This document shows positions 36,065 to 48,300 of a stretch of DNA of 61,976 bases, in pieces (the first letter of the stretch is position 1; every line of letters starts with the position of its first letter). The notes beneath the pieces were generated by a model. It searched no databases. It had not been told where the DNA came from and saw only the letters and a program-made list of their open reading frames with translations. The position numbers and the translations under genes were made by a program. This DNA comes from a virus (Duplodnaviria > Caudoviricetes): the IMG/VR virus record IMGVR_UViG_3300047300_000894, positions 1 through 61,976 of that record. One strand, 5' to 3'.

Positions 36065-39000
36065 ATGAACAGAGTAAGTCTCACAGCATCAGGGGGTTTG
36101 AATAAAGATGTCGATCCAAATAATTTACCACAAGGGGATTATGTTTCTGCGTCTAATATAGTATTTGACTCTGGTAAGTCTGGTGGAGCTGGTGCGTTAC
36201 GCTTGCTTGAATCTATACGTTCAACTGGTGTTACTTTTTCAAATATAAAGGCTACTACGCAAGACGTTGATGGAACAATATTTGTTCTTGTTGACAATGG
36301 GTCTACAGCTACAGTATATAAAGTACCAACCACCTTAAATTCATCTACAGCACTTGTAACTTATACACACTTAGTTGCGACAACATTTACTCCAGACATA
36401 AAAGTTATTGGGGCTAATGTTGTTTGGAACTATGCCGAAGAGGGAACAGTTCTTATTTGTCCAACTGCTACAGCACTAACGGGTACAAGAACTATTTTGG
36501 ACTTGAAACTACAGAAAGATACACCTAATAATGTAGTTAGCATAAAAAAGAATATTGGGACTGGGGTTGACTTACTTGAGAGCAATGACTATCAGTTTGC
36601 AAGCAGATATCATTATTCATCTAATGAATACTCTGTATTGGGCAACTATAGCCAAATGTATAAAGGGGAAAAGGGTACAGCATCTTATACCTTGTCTTAT
36701 GACTTTACAAATAAGCCTTACTTTGCTGATTCAATTGAAGTGTATGTTCGCATAGGAAATAATGGGATTTGGAGAAGAATAGACACACAAGATGCTACAG
36801 CAACAACTACATTTACTTGGTCGGGGCAAACTTACGAGAGTTTAGATATGGTAACTACGGGTAATCCGTACGATGCGGTTCCAGTAAATGCAAAGCATAT
36901 TGAGATTGCAAAAAATAGAATTTTCTTAGCTGATGTAAAAGATGACTACGATGTTGTAGCGGCTAATTTAAATTTTACTATTTCGGCAGATTCAACAGGA
37001 TATACATTGCCAACAGGCGGGGCGGCAAATACTTATATTAGTGGAGTAGGGCTTACATCGCCTACAAGTTCTGAGACAACTTATGGTGGGACAGAATATG
37101 TTAAGCCGTTTGCCAACAACTCTGTATATGCTGCTGGTATAGCGTTTTACGATTCAGCACTAAAAACAAGAGGCGTAGAAAAGAACTATGTCAAGTTTAC
37201 AACAGGAAAGTTTGCTTATCCGTTAGTACCTACTATTACAGTTGAATTTAAGGCAGGATGGGTACGACCAAGTTGGGCAAAGTATGCACAATTAGTATAC
37301 ACTAAGAATACATCCAAGTCTTATTTCTACGAGGGTTTTGCAAGCAATATATACTTTCAGATTAATCGTACAGAAACAAACCCTACAACAAAAGAAACAA
37401 CGGTTGTTTCGGGTGTTAGTCAGTCGGTAACTACAGACCAGATAAAGGATATTCAATATTTTGTAGTAGACTTGATGGGTATGTATCGTGCTGGTCGTGT
37501 ATATTCTTTTGAAGAGGGTGATCGTATTACGATTAACACACCTGCCCCCAATGGGTTGCTTGATATGAAAGTCCATCATCAAGAAAATAACCTTGTTTAC
37601 TGCCTATACAATGGCGGGGCAATGACAAATCTTGAGACACCCGACCCAAAATTATTGTTTTTTGAGATATATTCTCCTAAACAAATTCAAGAGGATGAGT
37701 CGCTTGTATTCTACGAGTATGGGAATTTAGTTGACATTACATCTTGGGGGTCTACTACAACTCCTTTAGCATCTCCTTTAACAAAGACGTTCCAAGGAAA
37801 TGGTACATTAAATAGTTCTACTACATCTAAGCTAATTGGTGATACTGTGTTTACTACATTGGATATCCCTTCTTATCTTAATGCTCCATTCTTATATAGT
37901 ATGGAGAAACCTGTACCATCAAAAGACTATGTGGTGGAGGATAGAGTTACAGAGGTTTATTGCTCTATGGCAGATGCTGCAGAAAAAATTACATTTACAG
38001 CAGATGCGGGGTATAACCCATTTATGAACACTAAGCCTAAAACGATTGACCTTAAGTTAAGCCCTAAATGGACATCTTTTGGGACAAATCAGGATAGTGC
38101 AGTAATTGTAGATAAAGATGGAAACTCTGCTTCTTCAGGTCCCGCATTCAAATTGATGGGATACTACGAGCAAGAGGAGCAAGATGCCGATGTAAATCAA
38201 ATAAGAATTGATTATAAGTTGAAATTAACATATGCACTTACATATGATTCTGTAGATTTACCTGATGTAGCAACAGGTGGGTTGGTATTGAATATAACAA
38301 GTCAATTGTATAGAATTCCATACGATAATGCTAAAAATATATACGGCAAAGTAGAACCATTCCTTAAGCCTTTCTACGGATTAAGCACTGGAGCTGGAGA
38401 TGGCACAGCGTTAACATCTTCTGGTACTATGGAAATATCGTCATATCAGATAGCTACAATGCCTAATGATGTGAAAGAGATAAACCCTAATGATAAATTT
38501 TATGTTGAAATTGTTGCATCTCCACAATTAAACGGAGATTGTATAAACGCTGTCTTTACGCTTGAGAAGCCAGCAACAGGAGCTGCCGTTAAGTTTACTA
38601 TTAACGGTGATAGAACAACTCCTAAGACTACGACAAGCTACAATAACAATGCTAAAGTTTCAACTACAAATACAAAGGTACTAATTCGTTCAGCTTCTAA
38701 TGCTACATCTTACCCTCAATGGTATACATCAGCGGGCAAGCCATCAATTATTACCAACACGTTATCTAATCCTCGAAGAACAAATACAATTCGTTATGGG
38801 GGTAATTATGTGGCGGGAACAAGCATAAACAATGTAAACAGTTTCTACGCATCAGATAGTAATGATGTAGCTATTGAAAATGGAGCTATTACGTCACTAC
38901 AAAGAGCATCTCGTTTACAAGGAAACGGCTCAATGATGCTTGTGTTGTGCCAAAAAGAATCAGCATATATTATGCTTGGAGAGCAAGAGTTATCGCAAGG

Positions 39001-39847
39001 TAACAATTCAGCCATCCGTGCTTTGACTGCCAATATGATTGGCACTATCAGAAACTTTGGTAACAACTTAGGTATGTTGCACAAGGAGTCTGTTATGAAT
39101 TATAAAGGTATGATTTGGTGGTGGGATGACTTTAATAAAAAAATTGTTAAGTATACCACAGATGGGTTAACCATTCCGAGCGATATGTATATGCGTTCGT
39201 ATTTCTTAAATAAATCAGGTAAGGCGACATTTTCATTTGACCCTTTCTACAATATGTGTTTTGTAGGATTTGGAAGCGAAACAGTATCGGCTGGATGGTC
39301 AGATGTATTGCAGAGGTGGGTTGCTGAAAATTATAATTTCCGTTCTGACTTTGCAGAAAGCTATGGAGATAAGATGATTATATTTAAAGGAGGAGTTATG
39401 TATAAACCTGTCGATAACTCAACAACAAATGATTACGGCTATCTATTAAACGCATCATATGATGGATCAATATCATTTATATTAAATAGCAAAGTGCCTG
39501 TTATGCCATTAAATGTGGCTATAACGCACAATATGAACGTAGTAGATTGGGGGCAATCTAATGGCGTTAAATCAAATTTATTGTCAATTAACATTACAAA
39601 CGAGAATGGGCAATCGACATCAATAGTTGAATCAAATTTCTTAATGGAGGATAATCGCTTGTATGCGTATGTCCTTCGCAACGAATTATCTTACAGAGCA
39701 GGATTACTTATGTCGAATGCTATAATAGAAGGTGATTATATTGTTGGCTATCTTAATAAATTTGTTGTAACTTTAAAGGATAAAACGCAGAATATGCGTA
39801 TAAATTCTATAGATGTTGAAATTGCACCAGTATCTGGTCACTCATAA
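36065..39847 (+). CDS. Tail nozzle/stabilisation protein (P22 gp10 / crAss muzzle-like)
   Basis: N-terminal GGLNKDVDP..LP.G.Y..A.N motif, NRIFLA, beta-rich, 1260 aa. Confidence 0.75.
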   Translation: MNRVSLTASGGLNKDVDPNNLPQGDYVSASNIVFDSGKSGGAGALRLLESIRSTGVTFSNIKATTQDVDGTIFVLVDNGSTATVYKVPTTLNSSTALVTYTHLVATTFTPDIKVIGANVVWNYAEEGTVLICPTATALTGTRTILDLKLQKDTPNNVVSIKKNIGTGVDLLESNDYQFASRYHYSSNEYSVLGNYSQMYKGEKGTASYTLSYDFTNKPYFADSIEVYVRIGNNGIWRRIDTQDATATTTFTWSGQTYESLDMVTTGNPYDAVPVNAKHIEIAKNRIFLADVKDDYDVVAANLNFTISADSTGYTLPTGGAANTYISGVGLTSPTSSETTYGGTEYVKPFANNSVYAAGIAFYDSALKTRGVEKNYVKFTTGKFAYPLVPTITVEFKAGWVRPSWAKYAQLVYTKNTSKSYFYEGFASNIYFQINRTETNPTTKETTVVSGVSQSVTTDQIKDIQYFVVDLMGMYRAGRVYSFEEGDRITINTPAPNGLLDMKVHHQENNLVYCLYNGGAMTNLETPDPKLLFFEIYSPKQIQEDESLVFYEYGNLVDITSWGSTTTPLASPLTKTFQGNGTLNSSTTSKLIGDTVFTTLDIPSYLNAPFLYSMEKPVPSKDYVVEDRVTEVYCSMADAAEKITFTADAGYNPFMNTKPKTIDLKLSPKWTSFGTNQDSAVIVDKDGNSASSGPAFKLMGYYEQEEQDADVNQIRIDYKLKLTYALTYDSVDLPDVATGGLVLNITSQLYRIPYDNAKNIYGKVEPFLKPFYGLSTGAGDGTALTSSGTMEISSYQIATMPNDVKEINPNDKFYVEIVASPQLNGDCINAVFTLEKPATGAAVKFTINGDRTTPKTTTSYNNNAKVSTTNTKVLIRSASNATSYPQWYTSAGKPSIITNTLSNPRRTNTIRYGGNYVAGTSINNVNSFYASDSNDVAIENGAITSLQRASRLQGNGSMMLVLCQKESAYIMLGEQELSQGNNSAIRALTANMIGTIRNFGNNLGMLHKESVMNYKGMIWWWDDFNKKIVKYTTDGLTIPSDMYMRSYFLNKSGKATFSFDPFYNMCFVGFGSETVSAGWSDVLQRWVAENYNFRSDFAESYGDKMIIFKGGVMYKPVDNSTTNDYGYLLNASYDGSISFILNSKVPVMPLNVAITHNMNVVDWGQSNGVKSNLLSINITNENGQSTSIVESNFLMEDNRLYAYVLRNELSYRAGLLMSNAIIEGDYIVGYLNKFVVTLKDKTQNMRINSIDVEIAPVSGHS

Positions 39848-39857
39848 ATAATAAAAT

Positions 39858-40775
39858 ATGGATCCGTTAATTATCGCATCTTTAGTTGGAACAGCAGGAC
39901 AAGGAATTATGTCTATGCTTGGTGCAAGTAGTGCAGCGGAAAATGCACGAAGACAACAACAAAAGGTTAATCTATTCAATGTTAACCAAAATGCATTATT
40001 TGATACTGGGGCAAAAGACCTTGAAACTACAGCAATGGGAATGCCTACATATCAAGCTGATATGCGTGGGTACAATGCTTTAGTTGATAAGGCATCTCAG
40101 AATCTTGCACAAGCACAAGGCTCTACAAGAAATGCATTAGACCAATATCAGTTAGACCAAGCAGACCAAGGGTTCGCTAATATGGTTCAAGCATCTGGTA
40201 AATTAGGCTTATCTAAAGCAGATATGGCTGCTCAATTATTGAGCGGTCAACAGTTGGCTGGCAATCAAAAGGCAAGTACAATTTCTGCTTCACAGCAATA
40301 CTCTTTAGCAAATATTGCTCAAGCAAGACAGAGTCAATTAGCGGCTATTGGTCAAGCTGCAGCGGGAGGGGTAATGGAGAACTACAGACAATACGCAAGT
40401 CAAGCTGCAAGACAACAAGGTATTCTTGGAGTTAAACAGTCAAACCTTATGGGTAAGATGAATCTTGGTACACAAGGTATGCAGTTAGATATGTCGGCTG
40501 CTGGCATTGTGAATAAAGCTAACGATGCATATTACCTTGGAATGGGTGGAGCTTTAGGTGGAATGAGTAGTGGATTATTAGCTCTTGGAATGCAGAATAT
40601 GAAGATGACTCAATTGCAACAAATGTATGCAAATAACAATCAAGGGTTGGCGGCAAAGGATTTTTCTACAATGCAAGATTTTATTAATATTCCAACGCCT
40701 CAGACAGCACCATCTCAAGCAGCACCTTTGCTTTTACCTCTGGCAGATAAATCAAATAATGTGTATGTAGGTTAA
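39858..40775 (+). CDS. Ejection/pilot (internal virion) protein
   Basis: Ala/Gln/Gly-rich with hydrophobic Gly-rich ends, located after the nozzle gene. Confidence 0.65.
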   Translation: MDPLIIASLVGTAGQGIMSMLGASSAAENARRQQQKVNLFNVNQNALFDTGAKDLETTAMGMPTYQADMRGYNALVDKASQNLAQAQGSTRNALDQYQLDQADQGFANMVQASGKLGLSKADMAAQLLSGQQLAGNQKASTISASQQYSLANIAQARQSQLAAIGQAAAGGVMENYRQYASQAARQQGILGVKQSNLMGKMNLGTQGMQLDMSAAGIVNKANDAYYLGMGGALGGMSSGLLALGMQNMKMTQLQQMYANNNQGLAAKDFSTMQDFINIPTPQTAPSQAAPLLLPLADKSNNVYVG

Positions 40776-40798
40776 ATCATTGACAATACTATAAAATA

Positions 40799-42352
40799 AT
40801 GGCAGAATCATTTTTATACGATCCCACCGAAACGATTAACAAAGGATTTGCTCAATTTCAAGCTGGTCTTGGGAACGCATTTGCTCAAATAATCGCTCAA
40901 AAGCAGAACGACTACGTTACTGCGGAAAAAACTTTTCAGAACATCGATGCATTAACTGACAAGTTAGGTGAATATGGTCAAGAAGAGATTATTGGCAAAA
41001 CAAAAGACTTGATGGCTCAAGCATCTAAAGATATCATCAAAGATGGTAAGTTAGATTATTCGGCATTAGGTACTATTCGTAGTGGAGTTACTCAAATTAA
41101 AAATAGAAAGTCTGCTATCGAAGCGGGCACTCAGATGCTTAAGGAGTGGACTCAAACTGCTCTTGCCTCCAAAGATGATTTAACAAGTTTGACTACTACA
41201 TTAGGAGATTTAAGAGGAATCTTATTGAATCCAAATAATATGTCAGCATCGGATATGGGTAGACAAATGCAAGCTGCTTATACTAAAAACTTAAATTCAA
41301 CAAAAGTATTAGGAGACATATTCAAGCAAGTTACACCAGCTACTGAATTTACAGAGACTGTAGAGAAAGATGGGAATAGATATCAAGTTGGAGGTTTCCA
41401 AGTTTCTGGATATCAATATGATAAGGCTTCTGGCAAGTTTGTTGAAACTGGAGCTGTTCCTATGATTGGGGCTGATGGGCAACCAGTCAAAAATCCAGAT
41501 GGATCAGTTAAGATGGTATCTAAGGTGCAACAAGCTATTGAGACAGCTAAAGCACAAGGGGCTCCAGCTATTGCCGCATTGAGAATGCAAATGGGACCAG
41601 CAGCGGCTACATTAACCGATGACCAATTAGTTGCAAGCCAATTCCAAAGATACGTTGAGAATAACAACAGAGCAAATAAGGAAATTCTTATTAAGGACAA
41701 GAATGAGTTATCTATTTCTGAGAGTAATGCTAAAATATCTGAAGCTAAAGCTAAAAATATTAATACTGAAATTGAATTAGGTAACGAAAGGGATAGAGCG
41801 GCTATTGCTGCATCAAAATCTACAACCGCAAAGAATTATAAAGAGATGGCGGCAATGGATAATTTTGGTGGCGAAGTAGTAGATGTTAATGCAGCAACCA
41901 ATACTAAGACAGGATTTTTGGGTAAAAGAATACCAATAATAGGTAAGGATAGTTCAGGTAAACCAGTTAACTTTATAGCTAATAGTATTGTATGGAAGAA
42001 CGGTAAAGAATACTATCAAGGATTTAAAGCTCCTCGCTCAATGGGTTATCTTGAAGCAAATCAAACTACATTATCTGGATTTGAGCCAGTTGAGATTCCC
42101 GTAAACTCATACAATAAGGCGGCATTTAATAGTTCTAAAAATTTAATTCCTCAAAATCAAAAAATTTATGTCAACAAGGCGTTAGCTGCATATGGGAATA
42201 CTCAAATGCAAATAAAGAATTTGGGACCAGTAGCAGGAGATATTGACAGAAATTCGAGTACCATATATTTAGACCGTTCCTTTATGGCTGGCGACAAATG
42301 GAAGCAAGTAGCAGCAGATAATAAAGTTAAGCACGTCAAGTGGATTGATTAA
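40799..42352 (+). CDS. Internal virion/ejection protein
   Basis: Helical protein between the pilot and giant proteins. Confidence 0.6.
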   Translation: MAESFLYDPTETINKGFAQFQAGLGNAFAQIIAQKQNDYVTAEKTFQNIDALTDKLGEYGQEEIIGKTKDLMAQASKDIIKDGKLDYSALGTIRSGVTQIKNRKSAIEAGTQMLKEWTQTALASKDDLTSLTTTLGDLRGILLNPNNMSASDMGRQMQAAYTKNLNSTKVLGDIFKQVTPATEFTETVEKDGNRYQVGGFQVSGYQYDKASGKFVETGAVPMIGADGQPVKNPDGSVKMVSKVQQAIETAKAQGAPAIAALRMQMGPAAATLTDDQLVASQFQRYVENNNRANKEILIKDKNELSISESNAKISEAKAKNINTEIELGNERDRAAIAASKSTTAKNYKEMAAMDNFGGEVVDVNAATNTKTGFLGKRIPIIGKDSSGKPVNFIANSIVWKNGKEYYQGFKAPRSMGYLEANQTTLSGFEPVEIPVNSYNKAAFNSSKNLIPQNQKIYVNKALAAYGNTQMQIKNLGPVAGDIDRNSSTIYLDRSFMAGDKWKQVAADNKVKHVKWID

Positions 42353-42389
42353 TAATAGTGCAAATATAAATTCTAAACAACCTTAATAG

Positions 42390-45300
42390 ATGTCTAAGCA
42401 ACAATTCGAAAAAGCAGATTTATCTAAGTACAATGTTAGTTCCGAACAACCATCATCTTCAGGTTACGAACGTGCTGATTTAACAAAATACGATATCCCT
42501 CAAAAAAAAAACGATACGGCATCGTCTGGGGTAATAGGTTCTACGGCTGGGTCTTCTAAAAACGAGGGGGTAGATACAGGTAATTTATTTGCTAAATTTT
42601 TTAGAGGATTAAATCACGAAAGTGACGCTATTTTTTCAGGAGTTTATGATACGATTAGTAGTGGATTAGGTTCTACTGCTCTTGCATTAGATATTGCTAA
42701 TCCAAGAAACTGGTTTGCTGACATTAAAATTGCGGGAGCTCTGATAGGCTCTGACTTACAATCAGTTGGGAGAAAGGTTTCAGATATGCTTTCATTAGAT
42801 TCCGACGAAATCAATAAGCAATCAAAGATGTCTTGGAAAGAAAAGCAAGATTATCTTAAACAACGCTACGATTCAAGTATAGATAAAAAAGAAGATTTTG
42901 GATTTCAAACATCTAAGGCATCAGAAAGTGCGGTTCTCCCAAGTGCTGTAGGTCAAGTTTATGAGGCTGCAGGGTATTTACAAGAGATTGGAGACTTATC
43001 ATTCAGGCAAGTTTTAGAAGAATCTGGTATTAAAAAATCAGACATCGATAAGAATAAAAGTGTAATCGATTTCATCTCTGAAGGTAATTATGCTGATGCG
43101 GCAAAGGTTGCCACATTGAGTGCCGCAAGAACAATTCCTATGTCACTTGCGTTGGCTTCATCTGGAGGAACTGCAGAGATATTCGCTGGGTCAGCGGTTT
43201 TGGGTACGGGTGCTGAAGTTAACAAAGCTTACGCTGACGACCAAAGTCTTTCAGGTAGCGAAATTGTTAAATCAATTTGGAGCGGTTTAATTGAAGGTAC
43301 TACAGAATCATTATTTCAAACTAACTTAAAAGAACTAAGAAGAACGGGGCAAGCTTTAATTGGTGGGTCTCCTATTGTTACTGCTGTAGCAGAAGAAGGT
43401 GCAGAACAAGTGAAAAGACAGCTTGTAAGAGGTATGCTTCCTGCCGCTAAAAGAATATTCCGAGGTGCGGGAGAAGAAGGATTAGAAGAGATTTTATCTA
43501 CAGTAGGTAATTTTATTGTAGACAAAGCACAGTCAGGCGACCAAACAGTTACATTAGATGAGCTTGGTGGTCTTGCAAAAAATGCTGCCGATGCATTCAT
43601 TATTGGTTCATTATCTGGTGGAGCAATGTCGGGTACACTTGTGTTGGCTACATCAAACAAACTTGATGAGACACAAAAGAAGTCTATTCAGCGTTTAAAA
43701 GAGGTAGCGAATGATACTACATTATCCGATGAGACTCGTCAAATTGCAAATCAAAAGATTGATGATATAATGAAGTACCAAGAGCGAGGTGCTTACGATG
43801 ACTATACTGCAATCGCTTCTATTGAAGATGTAGAAAAGCGGTCTCAAGCTATCGATGCTCTTAATAAAATTGAGACATTAAAGCAGGATAAGAAGGCTGC
43901 CAAAGATGAATCTGTTCAAGCTGGCATTGACGAGAAGATTCAAGAGAAAACAGATTTCGTTAACAAGTTAATGGAGGAGCAATGGAACAAAGAAAGAGAT
44001 AGACATAGCGACACATTAAAATTAAGACAAGAAGAGGCTAAGGTTACTGCTGCTAATTTCTTGGCTAACAATAACGCTTATACAGTATTTCAACAAGACC
44101 ACGCTGATACAATGAAAGCGATGGAGCAAGGGAAAGATATTGAAGTGTCTGACCTAAATAAAGCGGCTGATCAGTTAAATGAGATTGAGCAAGTTATTCA
44201 CAACAGCACAGAGTTAACTCCATTAGAAAAAGACCAAGCTTTAAAGGAAGTAAATGGCAAAATTCGTGGTCTTGAAACATATATTAATGCGACTGAAAAC
44301 GGAGTTCGTTTGACAGAAGCTCAAACAGAAGGTCGTAGAGCAACTACTGGAGCTCGTGCTTTACAGAGAGCTCAACGTGTAAGAAATAACCGTTTTAAAG
44401 GGGAAATCTTTACAGCATATGACGAGAAAGGGAATCCTTTTCAAGTTACTGCTGATGTAAACGAAAAGGGGCAAATCTCTTTGATGCCAAAGCCTAAGTT
44501 TAGAGTTAATGTCGAAACAAAAGAGTCAACTCAAGTAAACAACGCTATTAAAATTAAGGGCGATTTGGAGGTAATTGACACAAATATGAATGAGGATGAC
44601 GATGTAGAACAAATCAGAGTTCGTGACACAAAAACGGGAAAAGAATTTACTACTAATTCACCTGTATTGATTCCAATGTTAATGGCTAACCAAGCCAAGA
44701 GAAATGTTAAGTTTGCCCCTGATAGAGCATATGTTGTCGATGAGAACGTAGAGGTAGCAGAAGCTAACCCAATCCTTAACAAGTTAACAAAAGAGCAAAG
44801 AGCACGTCTTAATAATCAGAATAAAGCGTTAAAGCAAATCAATCCTAATGGTCGTATTATCCTTTTTGATAATGCAACTGAGGTGGCTAAAGCATTAATG
44901 GAAAAGGGATACTCAAGAAAAGAGTCTCTTAATAAAGCTCGTGAGTCTAATGCATTAAAAGTTGGCGAAGATATTTATGTCAACAGAATGACTATGCAAG
45001 ACAATACTGTGTCTCACGAAATTTTCCACGAAGCGTTTGCTCAAATTGCAGTAGAGTTCCCAGAGGCATTTATTGCAATGCAAAAACGCATTATAATGGT
45101 TCTTCCTTCTAATGTTACAGATAAGCTACAGAAGTTTGCTAATATGTACGCTAAAGATGCTAAGAACGCTACTGACCAAGAGAAGATTGATATGGCTGAA
45201 GAGTTCTTGATGGAACTTGGTGGTATGATGGTTGTTCGTGATGCAAAGATTGAAAGAGGAACTATGCACAAGGTGATGCTTGCTATTCGTGATTTCTTAT

Positions 45301-48300
45301 CTAAGTGGGCTGGGAAATTAAAGTTGAAAGGATTGCAATCATTAATTAAAGATAAAGTATTCTCTGAGTCAGCAAGTATTGAAGATTTAGCTAAGTTCTT
45401 TGAGAATACAGCAGAAGCAATTAGAACTGGTAATAAGGCTGACTTAACTTATCTTGAAAATGAAATTGAGCAAAACAGAATGGTAGCTTATAATCCTTCT
45501 ACTACAACAGAAGCTCAAGAGCAAGAAGATATTGATGCATTAAATGAAGACTTTGTTGGCGATTTATTTGAGCCTACGAACTTGAATATCACAGGGACTT
45601 TAACAGAAGAGCCTCCTAAGTCAAAGAGAAAGCCTAAGAAGGCAGAGAAGCCCGATATTAAGCAACAACGTGGTAGCTACGAATTGATGCCACATCCTTT
45701 CATTGAAGTAGCTGATATGATTGGTAAGAGATATAGTGTAACTATGTCTGATCATACAAGAGTTGGTGAGTATAGAAACGATAAATCAGGTGTCGTAGTT
45801 AGCAACCTTATGGGTGGTGTATTCTATCCTTATATTAAAGGTATTCGTGATGCAGGTTTAGGTTGGGCATCTGTTACTCCGAAAGCAGCAAGAGAGATGG
45901 TTATAAATGCTATTAATCAAGATGCAACTCTGGTTTATCGTATGGCTCGCTCTACAGGTAGTCGTGGTAACGTAAACTTTAATGAGATTGCTCTCGCTGA
46001 ATTAATAGCCCCTGTAACAAATGGTCTAATTTCTGAGGAAGAATTTTTAAAGCAACTTAACAATAAGTTAAACTCTATTTCTGCAGGGAAACAATTAGTA
46101 TCAGGCAAGGCATTCCTCTCTAAATATGGCAAAGATTCTGGCAAAAAAAATGTAGTAAATAAAACTAAAGTTGTTAAGGTTGCTGATAAAAATGGCAATT
46201 TAATTGATAAAACTGTTCCCGTATTAGATAAAAACGGTAAACCTGCCCGCACAAAAGAACCTCGTTTAGAAATTGAATCAATAAAATCTTTATCTGAAGG
46301 ATTAAGCAAAGAATCTTTCAGTAAAAGAGGTGGTTTTTGGAGTACAATTTTAAAAGACAGTTGGAGTAAAAAATCAACTGGAGAATGGTATAAGTTTTTG
46401 GAAGCAAATCAAATTGCATCTCTTGAGGAAATTGTTAATGGGTTAGCAGAGCAAGAAACAGATGCTGCAGCAGACCACGATATTGTTGCAGCAATTAAGA
46501 TTGCGGCACCAGAATACACGGAAGATGGGGTAGTTAAAATATACACTACAAGAAAGTCTTTGGTTAACGAGAAAAAAGGAATATTTTTCATCGATGCCCC
46601 TGATCATCCGAGCTATCCTTATGTTGTAAAAGGAGAGCCCATTGGGGTATTTAATGAATTTCAAAGTGTTACTGACTATTTCCCTGTAATCAAGGAATGG
46701 ATTGTAAGCGAACGCTTAAACTCTCCATATAAGGCTGTTGAGACAATGGGTAAAGAGCTTGTTGCAAGTAGAGAAAAAATCAAAGCTCAAAAAACAACTC
46801 AAAAGCAAATGATATCCGTTTTCCACGGAGGTGAGGTAGAAGACATTACTACATTAAATGATGATCAAATATTCTTTTTTGCAACAGATAAAGATGAGGC
46901 TTCAGCTTACGCAAGAGAAAATGAAGGAAATCTTATTGAGATGAATATCGATAAGAGTAAAATTGCTTCAGAGAGCGTAATTCGTAGAATTTTAGAAGAT
47001 GAATTTGGTCTGCCTTATGAGTATATGATTCACGAACTAATCGACCCAAGATTTGAAGATACATATATTGGGGATGAATTAACAAGCGAATTATACAGCA
47101 GACTTGAAGAAGAAGGTTATGAAGGAGGAGAGTTTATGGACTCATCGGTTACGGGTAAGAGTAAAAATACTCAGAATATGTTTATCATTAACCCAGAAAA
47201 AACTCTTTCTAACAACGATTATCTTAACATTACTTTAGCAACAGAAAGCGAAGCTGAAGATTTACTTGAAGAAGGTTATCGACCATTATTAAATAATGGA
47301 GAGATGATGGATGCTGCAACTAAGGAAGATATTGAAAATTTATTTTCTACTGTTACAGACTTAGTAAACGACTCTAAGCTCCAAATGGTTAAACCTGCGG
47401 AGTTTGAGAAATACAATAATGCAAAAGAAGGTTTAACTAAGGATGAAGACAAGATATCTGCGGAGATTGAAGAAAAGGCTGTTGATGCAGACCAATTAGA
47501 ATTCAGAATTAAACCACAAAAAGTCCTTTGGCACGGGTCTCCTTGGAATTTTAATAGATTTAAAGCACAAGCTATTGGAATTGGCGAAGGACGACAAGTA
47601 TACGGTTATGGATTATATTTTAGCACAGATATAAATGTAGCTAAATCATACTCTAAAGCTAATCAAGGGAATAAGCTGCGTCAATTAGGATTACTTGATT
47701 TATTAGGTAAGGCGGATAATAATCAATTCAGCTTAAGAAATCAAGCTTACAGATTACTGCAAAATACTAATACTACTCTTGCTCAATGGAAGCAATTCCT
47801 TGAGGAAAATAAAGGGTTTATGGGTATGAGAATTTCATCTGAAAATAGGAATAAACTATATCAAGCATTTGGAGAAAGAAATTTGTATAAGGTAGCTGTT
47901 AATGATAGAGTTAATGGATTGCAAGATGGATATTGGCTTGATTGGAGTAATCCTATTGGATTTGCTAATGCAAATCAAATCTTAATGGGTATTAAGAACA
48001 CAATGTCAATGCTTTCGCAAAAAGCAAGAGCAGAAAAGAATTCTGATGAAAGAATGGTTCTTAATGATGCGTATAATATTGCTGAAGCCATTTCACGCTC
48101 AATTAATGCAAGGGATTTGTCATCAATGACAGGTGCTCAATTCTACAATGAAATAACTAATATGTTCAGAGGTTCTGTTGGGTATATGGTAAAAAAGTTT
48201 GACCCACAACAAATGACATCTATGTTATTGAGTCACGCTGGTATTGATGGCAATAGAGTAGATACATTTGCAACAACTGGTACAAGAGGCGATGGGCATA

